Source: an uncultured Chloroflexia bacterium
GTDB taxonomy: Bacteria > Chloroflexota > Limnocylindria > Limnocylindrales > CSP1-4
NCBI GenBank assembly: GCA_963813335.1
Contig: CAWEYL010000001.1
Span: 1,120,001 to 1,184,000 of the forward strand
Reading direction: 5' to 3'
Length of the DNA: 64,000 bases
Positions within the stretch are counted from its first letter, which is position 1. Each line of letters begins with the position of its first letter. The notes beneath the pieces are model-generated. The model did no database searches. It had not been told where the DNA came from and worked only from the letters and a program-made list of their open reading frames with translations. The translations under genes and the position numbers were made by a program. Below are positions 9,140 through 19,236 of this stretch, in pieces.

Positions 9140-10756
9140 TCAGAGGGTCAGGCGCGAGATCGGCACCCAGTACCCGGAGAGGGTGCCGGCGGTGATGTGC
9201 GCGTAGCGGAGCCCGCCGTACATCGCGGTGGCGTCGAACGGCGCGCTGCTGACCGTCGGGATGGTGATGCGCCGGGTCGAGGTCGGAAGCCCGCGGCTGT
9301 CGAACCGCGACCCGGTCGTCTTGCCGACCAGGAAGAGCGCGGTCCGCTGGGGCGTGTAGCGCGTCTCGCCGTAGCGACCCATCGCGTTGATGCGCCCGGC
9401 GCGCTCCGGGACCCAGTAGCCGGCCAATGACCCGGCCTTGATGTGGTAGTAGACCCCTCGCCCGATGATCCGGCTGTAGCGGTCGGCCGGGGCGCTCGAC
9501 GTCCTCGGGAGCTGGATCGTCCGCTGCCGGGTGATGCGACCCTTCGAGTCGAAGACGTAGCCCGTCACCGTCCCGGCCGCGAACCGCACCGTCGACGAGA
9601 AGGTCGTGGGGTAGTCGTCCCGGTAGCGGTCGGCGGTCCTGGCGAACCGCACGTCCCCGGTCGCCGTCTGGACCTGGAGCAGCTGCGTGGTCACGATCTC
9701 GTGGTACTTGGCGGTCAGCGTCCCGTGCGCCAGGCAATACCGGCTGATCCAGCTGGGGTTCCGGAAGCCGCCGCTCGCGAGGGACGCATAGTGCAGGACC
9801 GTGGTGACGCTGCCATCGAATAGCTGGGTCGCCACCGGGTCCTCGGTCTCCTGCTGGTAATCGTGCAGCCCGAACAGCGCGAAGACGTGGCCGTTGAACG
9901 TGAAGTCGGAGTCGGCCGGCTGGGGCATCGGGTACTCCTCGAGCCAGAGGTAGCCGGCCGCGTCGACCTGGGTGACCCATGGGAGATCGGCCTCGGGAAG
10001 ATTGGAGAGGCTGGCGGCGGCACCGTCGGCCGCGTCCATCCAGGCCGTGTCCGCCGTGGCCTGGAAGAGCCGCACGAAGAGGCTGAGGGCCAGGCCCTGG
10101 GCCATCGCGCTGTACCACGGGGCGCGCTCCAGGAAGGCCGAGTTTCCGTGGAGCTCGAAGTCGAACGGGTAGGGGAAGTACCACGCGCCCCTCGAGATCA
10201 CCTTGGTGTCGACCAGCCGCTGCGCCTGGGCCAGTGCCCGGTCGAGGTAGCGCTGGTCCTGGGTCAGGTCGTAGCTCGCGAGGTTGGCGAGCCCGTAGTT
10301 CGCCTGGGCGACCGGGTGGTCGTACAGGTTCGAGCCGATCTGGAACATGCGGACTCCGCCCGCATCGTGGGCGCCTGTGTCGACGATCGCGATCGGCGTG
10401 GTCAGGGCGTACGGCCGGAGCGGCGCCGGGACGGGCAGCGGGACGAAGTGGCCGGTGGTGAACGGGGTGGTCGGCAGGGTCAGCGACGTGACCGAGCGGC
10501 GGGAGCCGGTCGGCGCCGGGTCGGCCTGGGCGCGGAGGATCGCGCGGACGTCGCGGCTCGGCGGCGCCGCGACGCCATCGGATGGCAGGCCCGCCCCGAG
10601 GCCGTCGTCGAGCAGCGCGTCGTCGGAGGCGCCGGACAGGACCGGCGGGCCGGCCGCGGCCGCGGGTGCCGCCAGCCCCGCGACAAGGAGCATCGCCAGG
10701 ACCGGGACGATGAGGGCGGAGCGGCGACGTGGCATCGATCCCGTCGCCACGGTCAT
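9140..10756 (-). CDS. Secreted D-glucuronyl C5-epimerase family protein with two C-terminal repeats
   Basis: Signal peptide; motifs [37 protein letters not shown]; start overlaps the ALDH stop (ATGA). This is the C-terminal part of ORF 9140..12745. Confidence 0.75.
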   Translation of the reverse strand: MTVATGSMPRRRSALIVPVLAMLLVAGLAAPAAAAGPPVLSGASDDALLDDGLGAGLPSDGVAAPPSRDVRAILRAQADPAPTGSRRSVTSLTLPTTPFTTGHFVPLPVPAPLRPYALTTPIAIVDTGAHDAGGVRMFQIGSNLYDHPVAQANYGLANLASYDLTQDQRYLDRALAQAQRLVDTKVISRGAWYFPYPFDFELHGNSAFLERAPWYSAMAQGLALSLFVRLFQATADTAWMDAADGAAASLSNLPEADLPWVTQVDAAGYLWLEEYPMPQPADSDFTFNGHVFALFGLHDYQQETEDPVATQLFDGSVTTVLHYASLASGGFRNPSWISRYCLAHGTLTAKYHEIVTTQLLQVQTATGDVRFARTADRYRDDYPTTFSSTVRFAAGTVTGYVFDSKGRITRQRTIQLPRTSSAPADRYSRIIGRGVYYHIKAGSLAGYWVPERAGRINAMGRYGETRYTPQRTALFLVGKTTGSRFDSRGLPTSTRRITIPTVSSAPFDATAMYGGLRYAHITAGTLSGYWVPISRLTL

Positions 10757-12259
10757 GCCTGGTTGTCGATCTGGGCGCGCTGGAGCCGTCCGCTGAAGTC
10801 GACGTAGATCGACTTCCACTCGGTGAACGTGTCGAGTGCGGCGTGGCCCGCCTCGCGGTGGCCGTTGCCGGTCTCCTTCCAGCCGCCGAACGGCAGGTGG
10901 GTCTCGGCGCCGGTGGTGCCCGCGTTCACGTAGACGATCCCGGTCTCGAAGTCGCGCATCGCGCGGAACGCCTGGTTCACGTCGGCGGTGTAGATGCTCG
11001 ACGACAGCCCGTAGCGGGTCTGGTTGAGCGCGAGCATCGCCTCGCCGTAGTCGCCGACCGGGATGACCGAGAGGACCGGGCCGAAGATCTCCTCCTGGCC
11101 GATGCGGTCCATCGGCCGGACGCCGCTGAAGATCGTCGGCTCGAAGAAATGGCCGTTGGCGAGCTCGCCGGCCGTCGCGCGACCGCCGCCGGTGATCAGC
11201 TCGCCCTCGCGCGCGCCCGATGGGCATGTACGAGTCGACCTTGTCGAGGGCGCCCGCGTTGATGAGCGGCCCGACGTCGGTCGTCTCGTCCAGGCCGGGC
11301 CCGAGTCGGAGCTTCTTCGCGCGTGCTTCGAGGCGCTGCAGCAGCGGCTCCACGACCTCGCGCTGGACGATGACGCGGGAGCAGGCCGTGCAGCGCTGCC
11401 CGGTCGTCCCGAACGCCGACCACAGGATCCCGTCCGCGGCCAGGTCGAGGTCCGCGTCCGCGAGGACGACCACGCCGTTCTTGCCGCCGAGCTCCATCGC
11501 GAGCCGCTTGAGCCGGTGGCCCGCCTTGACGGCGATCTGCCGGCCGGTGGCGGAGCTGCCGGTGAACGAGATGACCGAGATGTCGGCGTTCTCGACGATC
11601 GCGTCGCCGACCTCGCCGCCCGAGCCCGTCACGAGGTTCACGACCCCGGGCGGGACGCCGGCCTCGGCCATGAGCTCCACGAGCAGCGTCGCGCAATGCG
11701 GCGTGTCGCTGGCGGGCTTGAACACCACGACGTTGCCCGTGACGAGGGCCGGCATGATCTTCCAGCACGGGATCGCCATCGGGAAGTTCCACGGCGTGAC
11801 GATCCCGGCGATCCCGATCGGCTGGCGGATGCTCATCGCCCACTTGTCGGGGAGCTCCGACGGGGTCGTGTCGCCGAACATCCGGCGGCCCTCGCCGGCC
11901 ATCAGGAAGGCGATATCGATGCCCTCCTGGACGTCACCGCGGGCCTCCGACAGGACCTTGCCCATCTCGCGGGTCATGGCCCGGGCGAGCCGCTCCTTGT
12001 GCTGGGCCATGAGCGCCCCGAAGGCGTACAGGATCTCGCCGCGCTTGGGCGCCGGGGTCCGCTGCCACATGCCCTTGGCGGCCTCGGCCGCTCTCACCGC
12101 CATGGCGACATCGGCCCTGGTCCCCTGCTGGAACCGCCCGATGACGTCGCGGGTGTCCGCGGGGTTGCGGCTCTCGAAGGTCTGGCCGCTGGTGGAGTCG
12201 CACCACTCCCCGGCGATGAAGTTGCGGAACGTTGGCGTCTCGACGGCGGTCTCGGTCAT
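10753..12259 (-). CDS. Aldehyde dehydrogenase family protein (one frameshift near 11215)
   Basis: PWNFP, FTGSS, MELGGKN and GQRCTA in one frame; EEIFGPV and PFGGWKETG in ORF 10753..11112. Confidence 0.9.
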
Positions 12260-12276
12260 GGTGCCATCGTAGGAGG

Positions 12277-12981
12277 TCAGGCGGCCGCCGGCGCATCGCC
12301 GCAGCGCCAGCGCAGCAGGCCGCCGTACCGGGCCGGGGCGCCCGGCGGGGGACCGCTCTCGGGATCTGCCGCCTGGCCGACGTCGAAACGGGCGATGCCG
12401 CCCCGTCCGTCGGCGTCGAGCTGGACATGCACGGGTCCGGCATCGGTCGTGTAGTTCGCGATCAGCCCGCCATGGGCGGTGTCGGTCGCATGGAACTCGA
12501 ACGCCGGCGCGGCGAAGGACAACCAGGCGTCGTAGTCCACCGTCCCGTTGCTGGCCGGCAGGCCGGAGATCTCGGTCACGGTCGTCCGGCCCTCGTCCCA
12601 GAGGCACCACGCCGATGCCTCGGTCGCCACGGTGAGCGGCTCCTGGAGGCAGACACGCCAGCGGCCGCCGCCCAGATCGCTGGTGTCCGTCTCGCCGCCG
12701 GCCTCCGGCACATCGCCCGGTCCGGGCTGCTGGCTGAGCTCGCACGCCACGTCCGGGGCCGGCGACGCCGACGGGTCGCTGGTGATCGCTGGGCCGGACG
12801 TCGCGGGCGGCCCGGCGCTGGATGGCACGCTCGATGCGTCGGCGCTCGGCGACGTCGCGCCCGACGGCGCGGTCGCGTCAGCGCAGCCGGAGGCGGCGAG
12901 CACCACGAAGACGACGAGCGCCACGGCTCCTCTGGGCCGCCCACCCGCCCAGCCTCGCGATGCGATGCCTCGCCCGCGCAT
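12277..12981 (-). CDS. Hypothetical lipoprotein
   Basis: Hydrophobic stretch ending LAASGC, Ser/Pro/Ala linker, then a Cys-containing domain. Start uncertain. Confidence 0.6.
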   Translation of the reverse strand: MRGRGIASRGWAGGRPRGAVALVVFVVLAASGCADATAPSGATSPSADASSVPSSAGPPATSGPAITSDPSASPAPDVACELSQQPGPGDVPEAGGETDTSDLGGGRWRVCLQEPLTVATEASAWCLWDEGRTTVTEISGLPASNGTVDYDAWLSFAAPAFEFHATDTAHGGLIANYTTDAGPVHVQLDADGRGGIARFDVGQAADPESGPPPGAPARYGGLLRWRCGDAPAAA

Positions 12982-12987
12982 CCGGCG

Positions 12988-14229
12988 TCAGACCCGCTCG
13001 ACCGCCATCGCGACCGAGCCGCCACCGCCAAGGCAGAGGGTCGCGAGGCCGTAGCGGCCGCCGCGCCGCTGCAGCTCGTGGGTCAGGGTGGCGATGATCC
13101 GGGCACCGCTCGCCCCGATCGGGTGGCCGAGCGCGATCGCGCCGCCGTTCACATTGACCTTGTCCCAGTCGAAGCCGAGCTCGCGGCCGTCGGCGAGGGT
13201 CTGTGCGGCGAACGCCTCGTTGATCTCGATGAGGTCGAACGCCTCGATCGGCAGCTCGACGCGGTCGAGCAGGCGGCGGACACCCTCGATCGGCGCGAGG
13301 AACAGCCACTTGGGCGCGACCTCGGCCTGGGCGTAGCCGACGATGCGGGCCAGCGGCGTGAGCCCGAGCCGCTCGACGGCCCGCTCGCTCGCGACGACCG
13401 TCGCCGCCGCGCCGTCGGTGATCCCGGGCGCGTTCCCCGCGGTGACCGTGCCGACCGAGGCGGCGCCGCGGTCCTCGCCCTCGGGCAGCGCGAAGGCCGG
13501 CTTCAGGCGTTCGAGCGCCTCCATCGTCGAATCGCGGCGCGGGCCCTCGTCGACGGTCACGATCGTCTCGCGGCCCCGCGCGTCGCGCACCGTCACCGGC
13601 GCCAGCTCGGCGTCGAAGCGGCCGGCGTCGATGGCGGCGATCGCCTTCTGGTGGCTGGCCAGCGCGAACGCGTCCTGGTCGGCGCGGCTGACCCCGTCCT
13701 TGATCGCCACGCGCTCGGCGTGGGTGCCCATGTGGCAGTCCTCGATGGCGCACCACAGGCCGTCGTGGACGGTCGCGTCGATCAGCTCGCCGTTGCCGAG
13801 GCGGAGCCCGAAGCGCGCCCCGGGAACCAGGTACGGCGCCTGGTTCATCGATTCCATGCCGCCGGCGACCGCGAGCTCCGCGTCGCCCGCCCGGATCTCG
13901 GCGGCGGCCAGCATGATCGCCTTGAGTCCCGAACCGCAGACCCGGTTGATCGTCGTCGCGGACGTGGTCTCGGCGAGGCCCGCCTTGAGCGCGGCCTGCC
14001 GTGCCGGCGCCTGGCCGACGCCGGCCTGGAGGACCTGGCCCATCAGGACCTCGTCGATGGCGGCTGTTGCGGGATCCAGCCCGGCCCGCTCGACGGCGGC
14101 GCGGATCGCGACGCCGCCCAGCTCCGTCGCCGGGACGGTGCTCAGCGCCCCGCCGAACTTGCCGATCGGCGTTCGCGCCGCGCTGACGATGTAGACGTGC
14201 CCGTTCGGGCCGAGAGGATCCTGGGTCAT
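12988..14229 (-). CDS. Acetyl-CoA C-acetyltransferase (thiolase)
   Basis: [43 protein letters not shown]. Confidence 0.95.
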   Translation of the reverse strand: MTQDPLGPNGHVYIVSAARTPIGKFGGALSTVPATELGGVAIRAAVERAGLDPATAAIDEVLMGQVLQAGVGQAPARQAALKAGLAETTSATTINRVCGSGLKAIMLAAAEIRAGDAELAVAGGMESMNQAPYLVPGARFGLRLGNGELIDATVHDGLWCAIEDCHMGTHAERVAIKDGVSRADQDAFALASHQKAIAAIDAGRFDAELAPVTVRDARGRETIVTVDEGPRRDSTMEALERLKPAFALPEGEDRGAASVGTVTAGNAPGITDGAAATVVASERAVERLGLTPLARIVGYAQAEVAPKWLFLAPIEGVRRLLDRVELPIEAFDLIEINEAFAAQTLADGRELGFDWDKVNVNGGAIALGHPIGASGARIIATLTHELQRRGGRYGLATLCLGGGGSVAMAVERV

Positions 14230-14270
14230 GGCTCGATGCTACACGTGATGGCCAGCGGGGCAGCCCCGCC

Positions 14271-15140
14271 TCACCGTCCCTCGCGCGGGTAGGTGTAGAA
14301 GCCCTGGCCGGTCTTCTGGCCGAGGTGGCCGGCCTTCACGAGGTCGAGCAGCACCCGCGGCGGGTGCATGTGCTCCTGGCTGAGGCCGTCCTCGAGCACG
14401 CGCATGATCCCGAGCACGACATCGAGCCCGATGAAGTCCGCGAGCTCGAGCGGCCCCATCGGGTGGTTGAGCCCGACGCGCGCCCCGGTGTCGATGTCCT
14501 CGGCGGTTCCGATCCCCTGCTGAAGGGCGCGCATCGCCTCCGCGAGGAACGGGATCAGGATCCGGTTGACGATGAACCCCGGCCGGTCCGCCGCGACGAT
14601 GACCTGCTTGCCCAGCTCCTCGGACAGCGCCCGCACGGTCTCGACCGTCTCGTCCGAGGTCGCCTGGCCGCGGATCAGCTCCACGAGCGGCATGACCGGC
14701 ACCGGGCTGAAGAAGTGCATGCCCAGGAACCGCTCTCGCCGCGTCGGCGCGGTCGCCTCGGCCAGCCGGTGGATGGCGATCGAGCTCGTGTTCGAAGCGA
14801 AGATCGCGTCGGGCGTGGCGAGCCGGTCGAGCGACCGCCACAGCTCCTGCTTGACCCCAATGTCTTCGAAGACGGCCTCGATGACGATGTCCGCGTCGGC
14901 GACATGGCCGAGGTCCGACGTCGCGATGATCCGGGCGAGCGTCGCGTCGCGGTCCGCCTGGGACACCCGGCCCTTCGCCACCGACCGGTCGAGGTTGCCG
15001 GCGATCCGCCCGAGGCCGGCCTCGGCGCGCTCGAGGTCGGGTTCGTAGAGGACCACGGCCTTGCCGACCGCCGCGTGCACTTGCGCGATGCCGTGGCCCA
15101 TGAGGCCGGCGCCCGCCACGAAGACCCGCTCGATCGTCAC
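14271..15140 (-). CDS. hbd: 3-hydroxybutyryl-CoA dehydrogenase
   Basis: GAGLMGHG, IEAVFE, ASNTSS, GMHFFSP, PGFIVNR, HPMGPLELAD. Confidence 0.9.
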   Translation of the reverse strand: MTIERVFVAGAGLMGHGIAQVHAAVGKAVVLYEPDLERAEAGLGRIAGNLDRSVAKGRVSQADRDATLARIIATSDLGHVADADIVIEAVFEDIGVKQELWRSLDRLATPDAIFASNTSSIAIHRLAEATAPTRRERFLGMHFFSPVPVMPLVELIRGQATSDETVETVRALSEELGKQVIVAADRPGFIVNRILIPFLAEAMRALQQGIGTAEDIDTGARVGLNHPMGPLELADFIGLDVVLGIMRVLEDGLSQEHMHPPRVLLDLVKAGHLGQKTGQGFYTYPREGR

Positions 15141-15243
15141 GGCAGCAGAGTACCAACGAGGTGACGGCGGCGGGTCGCGGCGGATGCGCGGGTCGCGGCG
15201 GTCCCGTAAGGCCCGGATACGAGCGGATCCACATCATCGACGC

Positions 15244-15894
15244 ATGCCGTTCCGCGAGACAGCCTCCGAACGAGGTGCCCGACGCGGCCGCCGGTTGGTC
15301 GGCCGAATCGCAGAAGGGCTTGCGAACGCACGAAGGTCGAGCGGACTGAGTCTGCGGGATGTCGCTCGACAGCTCCGTGTCGGGCATGCACGCGTCGCCA
15401 GGGCGGAACGCGGCGATCGTTCTGCTCTGACGATCGACTTCGCCTCTCGATATGCGGCGATCGTCGGCTATGAACTCGGCGTGACCCTGCATCCGGACGG
15501 CGAGCCGGTCCGCGACAAGGCGCATCTGGCCCTGATCGCCCGCTTCCGGGCACGCCTCGCGCCGGGCGTTCGCGTTCGGACCGAGGTCCCGATCCCGATC
15601 GCCGGCGACCGACGCAGCGCCGACCTTGTCCTGGGTGTCGCGACCCTCGACATCCTCGTCGAAGCGGAGACTCGCCTGGATGACGTCCAGGCAACGGAGC
15701 GGAACATCGCCGGGAAGCAACGAGACCTGGCCGCGGAACGCGTCGTGCTCCTCGTCGCCGACACGAGGCACAACCGCGAGGTGATCCGCGGGGTTCCCGA
15801 ACTCCGCGCCCGGTTCCCGGTCGACACTCGAACGTGCCTGGCAGCGCTCAAGGACGGGATCGACCCGGGCGGGGACAGCCTCGTCATCCTGTGA
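15244..15894 (+). CDS. XRE-family HTH protein fused to a restriction-endonuclease-like (PD-(D/E)XK fold) domain
   Basis: N-terminal HTH (ARRSSGLSLRDVARQL..VARAERG); C-terminal RTEVP..SAD..LVEAET; CATCAT -10 lies 6 nt before the ATG. Confidence 0.7.
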   Translation: MPFRETASERGARRGRRLVGRIAEGLANARRSSGLSLRDVARQLRVGHARVARAERGDRSALTIDFASRYAAIVGYELGVTLHPDGEPVRDKAHLALIARFRARLAPGVRVRTEVPIPIAGDRRSADLVLGVATLDILVEAETRLDDVQATERNIAGKQRDLAAERVVLLVADTRHNREVIRGVPELRARFPVDTRTCLAALKDGIDPGGDSLVIL

Positions 15895-16117
15895 TAGCTG
15901 CCTGCGACATCGGTCCAGGAATCAGACCGTCCGACGAACGACCTCATCGCTCGAGCATCGGTTTCGTCTGGGTATGGCCGAGCTGGTCGATCGAAACCGT
16001 CGCTCGGGGCCGGCGACGGGCCCCAGCACCACCATTTCGGCCCATCCCAGCCGGCACCGGCGGATACGGGGGCGCCCGATGGCAGATCCCTTCGCCGGAT
16101 GGTCCAGGATCGGACCA

Positions 16118-16229
16118 GCGAGCAGAGCCAGGCGGCCTGGGCCGCGAGCAGAGCCAGGCGGCCTGGGCCGCGAGCAGAGCCAGGCGGCATGGGCCGCGAG
16201 CATGGCCAGGCGGCATGGGCCGCGAGCAG
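16118..16229. repeat. Tandem repeat, about 4.3 copies of 26 bp GCGAGCAGAGCCAGGCGGCCTGGGCC
   Basis: Units start at 16118, 16144, 16170, 16196 and (partial) 16222; later units diverge progressively; no spacers. Confidence 0.95.
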
Positions 16230-16259
16230 CGCGACTCCCCGCAGCCCGACCGCCCGAGC

Positions 16260-17255
16260 CTAGCGCTCCGCGAGGGCCGCCAGCAGCCGGTCCGCCGCCG
16301 TGTAGGGGTCGAGACGGTGCGCGGCGACCTCGCCCAGGACCCCGTCGGTGGTGGCGCGCCGGCCGGGCGCCTCCAGCGCGGCCCGCACCCGCTCCCCGAC
16401 GATCGCCCAGACCTGGCTCTCCGCCCGGCGGCGACGGGCCGCTCCCCCGGCTGCCGCTTCCCGTCCGGCCGCCCGGTGCCGGTCGAGGGCCACCAGCAGC
16501 TCGGGCACGCCGGCCCCGGTCGAGGCGGTCGTGACCAGCACGTCGGGGCGCTTCGGCCGGGGCCGGTCGTCGCCGTCGGCGGCCGCGCCGCGCGCCGTGG
16601 TCGGCATCAGCATCGCGCGCAGCTGGGAGGCGGTCCGCGCGGCACCGGGCTTGTCGCCCTTGTTGACCACGACCAGGTCGGCGACCTCCAGCAGGCCCGC
16701 CTTGATCGCCTGGACCTCGTCGCCCATCTCGGGCGCCTCCAGCACGACCGTGGTGTCGGCGGCGGCCGCGACCTCGACCTCGCTCTGCCCCGTCCCCACG
16801 GTCTCGATGAGCACGAGGTCGAAGCCGCACGCATCGAGCACGGCCGCCGCGGCCGTGGACGTGGCCGCCAGCCCGCCGGCGTGCCCGCGCGACGCCATCG
16901 AGCGGATGAAGACGTCGCCGTCCTCCGCGTACGACTGCATGCGGACGCGGTCGCCGAGGAGCGCGCCGCCCGTGATCGGGCTCGACGGGTCCACCGCGAT
17001 CACGGCCACGGTCCGGCCGGCCTTGCGGACCTCGGCGATCAGGGACGCCACCAGCGTGGACTTCCCCGCCCCGGGCGGCCCGGTGATCCCGACGAGGTGG
17101 GCGCCCCCGGCCATCGGGTAGAGGCGGCGCAGCGCGGCCTCGGCGACCGGGGTGTGGTTCTCGACCGCGGTCAGGAGCCGCGCGGTCGCGAGTCGGTCGC
17201 CGCCGACGGCCGCATCGACCAGCGCGGACGCCCGGGACGCCGCGTCGTCCCGCAC
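16260..17255 (-). CDS. meaB: Acyl-CoA mutase-associated GTPase MeaB/ArgK
   Basis: GITGPPGAGKST, AVDPSSPITGGALLGDRVRM, ETVGTGQSE, VNKGD. Confidence 0.93.
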   Translation of the reverse strand: MRDDAASRASALVDAAVGGDRLATARLLTAVENHTPVAEAALRRLYPMAGGAHLVGITGPPGAGKSTLVASLIAEVRKAGRTVAVIAVDPSSPITGGALLGDRVRMQSYAEDGDVFIRSMASRGHAGGLAATSTAAAAVLDACGFDLVLIETVGTGQSEVEVAAAADTTVVLEAPEMGDEVQAIKAGLLEVADLVVVNKGDKPGAARTASQLRAMLMPTTARGAAADGDDRPRPKRPDVLVTTASTGAGVPELLVALDRHRAAGREAAAGGAARRRRAESQVWAIVGERVRAALEAPGRRATTDGVLGEVAAHRLDPYTAADRLLAALAER

Positions 17256-17256
17256 C

Positions 17257-17661
17257 CTACGTACGGGGTCGCGCGTTGGCCCGCAGGTAGTCGGCGACCT
17301 GCGCGATGGTGGTGCCCGGCCCGAAGACCTCCGCGACCCCGGCGGTCTTGAGGGCAGCGCGGTCCACGTCGGGGATGATCCCGCCGACGGTCACCAGGAC
17401 GTCGCCCATCCCCTGGTCGACGAGGAGCTTGGTCACCCGTGGCACGAGCGTCATGTGGGCGCCCGACAGGATCGAGAGGCCGACCACGTCGACGTCCTCC
17501 TGGAGCGCGGCCGTGGCGATCATCTCGGGCGTCTGGCGCAGCCCGGTGTAGACGACCTCGAAGCCTTCGTCGCGCAGGCCGCGCGCCAGCACCTTCGCGC
17601 CGCGGTCGTGGCCGTCGAGTCCGGGCTTGGCGATGAGCACCTTGAGCGGGCGGTCCGTCAT
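17257..17661 (-). CDS. Cobalamin-binding small subunit of an acyl-CoA mutase (IcmB-like)
   Basis: [12 protein letters not shown] (DxHxxG), [15 protein letters not shown]. Confidence 0.93.
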   Translation of the reverse strand: MTDRPLKVLIAKPGLDGHDRGAKVLARGLRDEGFEVVYTGLRQTPEMIATAALQEDVDVVGLSILSGAHMTLVPRVTKLLVDQGMGDVLVTVGGIIPDVDRAALKTAGVAEVFGPGTTIAQVADYLRANARPRT

Positions 17662-17700
17662 GCGCGGATTGTAGGTTCACCGGTGGGGCATCATGCCGCC

Positions 17701-19155
17701 ATGCCGCCCGACGCTCCTGACGCGTCCCTCGACGACTTCCGCGACGCCCAGCGCGGGCACCGCTTCACCGCCCGCCTCCGCGCGATCCCGGCCGTCCTCG
17801 CCGCGGCCGCGATGGGCATCCCGCTCTCCGTCTACCTCTCCCCGGTCCTGCTCGCGCTCGCGATCCTGGTCAGCGACCTGGTCAACCTCGTCATCCCGAT
17901 GCCCGACGTGGGCGGCGAGGTCAGCGGCCTGATCGAACGGCTCCTGGACGGCGATCCCGGCACGTTCCAGGCCGTCGCCTGGATCCTGGTCGTCTGGCTC
18001 GTCCCGGGGATCATCGGGCTGACCGTGGCGTATCTCCTCGTCCGCTGGCGCCTCGGGGAGATCGGCGGCGACGGCATCGCGGCAGGCCTCGGCGCGCGCG
18101 GCCCGAACCCGGACGACCCCGAGGAGCGTCAGCTCGTCGACGTCGTCCACGAGCTCGCCATCGCGGCGTCGATCCATCCGCCGCGCGTCCTGCTCTACGA
18201 CGAGGGCGCCGCCAACGCCTTCGTCTACGGCCGTCATCCGGACGACGCGACCGTGGTGGTCGGCCGGGCCATGCTTGGCGAGCTCGACCGCGAGGCGACC
18301 CAGGGCGCGATCGCCCGCCTGATCGCGTCAGCCGGCGACGGGGACCTGGGCCTCGCGACCGACATCGGCGCGGTCTACGTCACGTACGGGCTGCTGACGA
18401 CCACGCTGAGCGCCGTGGTGAGCCCGGCGGCCAGGGTGCGGCTGCGAAGCGCGGTCCGGGCCCTGCGCGGTCGACCGGCCGCGGATCCCCGCACGGACCC
18501 CGGGATCGCCGGCCTCCTCGGCCTGCCACCGGACGACGACATCCCGGACGACACGAAGAGCGGCTGCCTGGTCCTGCTCACGATGGGCGGGTTGATCGCG
18601 GTGGGGATGTCGCTGGTGAACCTGTTCCTCGCGGGACCGTTGCTGGTCTTCGCGTGGCGGTCGCGCGGCTACCTCGCGGACGCGCTCGCGGTCGACCTGA
18701 CCCGCAACCCGACGGCGCTGGCCGACGCGATCCGGACGCTCGGTGACGGCCGCGGGCTGCCGGGGACGGCGTGGCTGGAACTGCTGCTGGTGGTCGGCGG
18801 CGCATCGGTCTCGAGCTCGACGGACCCGAACGCCGGCCGGACGCTGTCCGACACGGGCCTCGCCGCATCGATCGCCGCGCCGGTCCGGAACCGACTCGCC
18901 CGCCTCGAGCGGATGGGCGCGCAGCGGCCGACCGACGCGTCATCGGCGGTGTCGCGCTCGGGGCCGAGACGCCGCAGCCGGTTCCCGATGTGGCTGGGCA
19001 TCCTGATCATCGCGCCGCTGGTGGCCCTGATCGCGGTGCTCCTCGTGATCGCGGCGGCGCTGATCGTCTACCTCGTCGCCCTGGCCGCGTTCATCATCCT
19101 GGCGATCGTGGCCGGCCCGATCCACGAGTTCCTGCGGGGCCTCGCCGGACGCTGA
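17701..19155 (+). CDS. HtpX/M48-like membrane protein lacking the HEXXH zinc motif
   Basis: M48 landmarks (ANAFVYG, ATVVVGRAML, YLADALAVDLTRNPTALADA) present, but IARLIAS occupies the HExxH position. Confidence 0.7.
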   Translation: MPPDAPDASLDDFRDAQRGHRFTARLRAIPAVLAAAAMGIPLSVYLSPVLLALAILVSDLVNLVIPMPDVGGEVSGLIERLLDGDPGTFQAVAWILVVWLVPGIIGLTVAYLLVRWRLGEIGGDGIAAGLGARGPNPDDPEERQLVDVVHELAIAASIHPPRVLLYDEGAANAFVYGRHPDDATVVVGRAMLGELDREATQGAIARLIASAGDGDLGLATDIGAVYVTYGLLTTTLSAVVSPAARVRLRSAVRALRGRPAADPRTDPGIAGLLGLPPDDDIPDDTKSGCLVLLTMGGLIAVGMSLVNLFLAGPLLVFAWRSRGYLADALAVDLTRNPTALADAIRTLGDGRGLPGTAWLELLLVVGGASVSSSTDPNAGRTLSDTGLAASIAAPVRNRLARLERMGAQRPTDASSAVSRSGPRRRSRFPMWLGILIIAPLVALIAVLLVIAAALIVYLVALAAFIILAIVAGPIHEFLRGLAGR

Positions 19156-19170
19156 GTGCCGGACACCACG

Positions 19171-19207
19171 AAACGGGGCGGCCGGCCCCCGAAGGCCGAC
19201 CGCCCCG
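19171..19207 (-). terminator. Hairpin terminator between convergent genes
   Basis: Inverted repeat CGGGGCG-GCCGGCC / GGCCGAC-CGCCCCG, followed by TTT on the minus strand. Confidence 0.55.
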
Positions 19208-19236
19208 GTCGATGGAACGCGCGAGTGGCGACGCGC

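Noticed and set aside
9140-12745. 1201-aa ORF suggesting an ALDH-epimerase fusion
   Set aside because: A frameshift near 11215 diverts ALDH. Its true C-terminus is in ORF 10753..11112, and the epimerase has its own ATGA-coupled start and signal peptide.
16118-16229. Possible CRISPR array
   Set aside because: Units are contiguous with no unique spacers, and there are no cas genes in the window.
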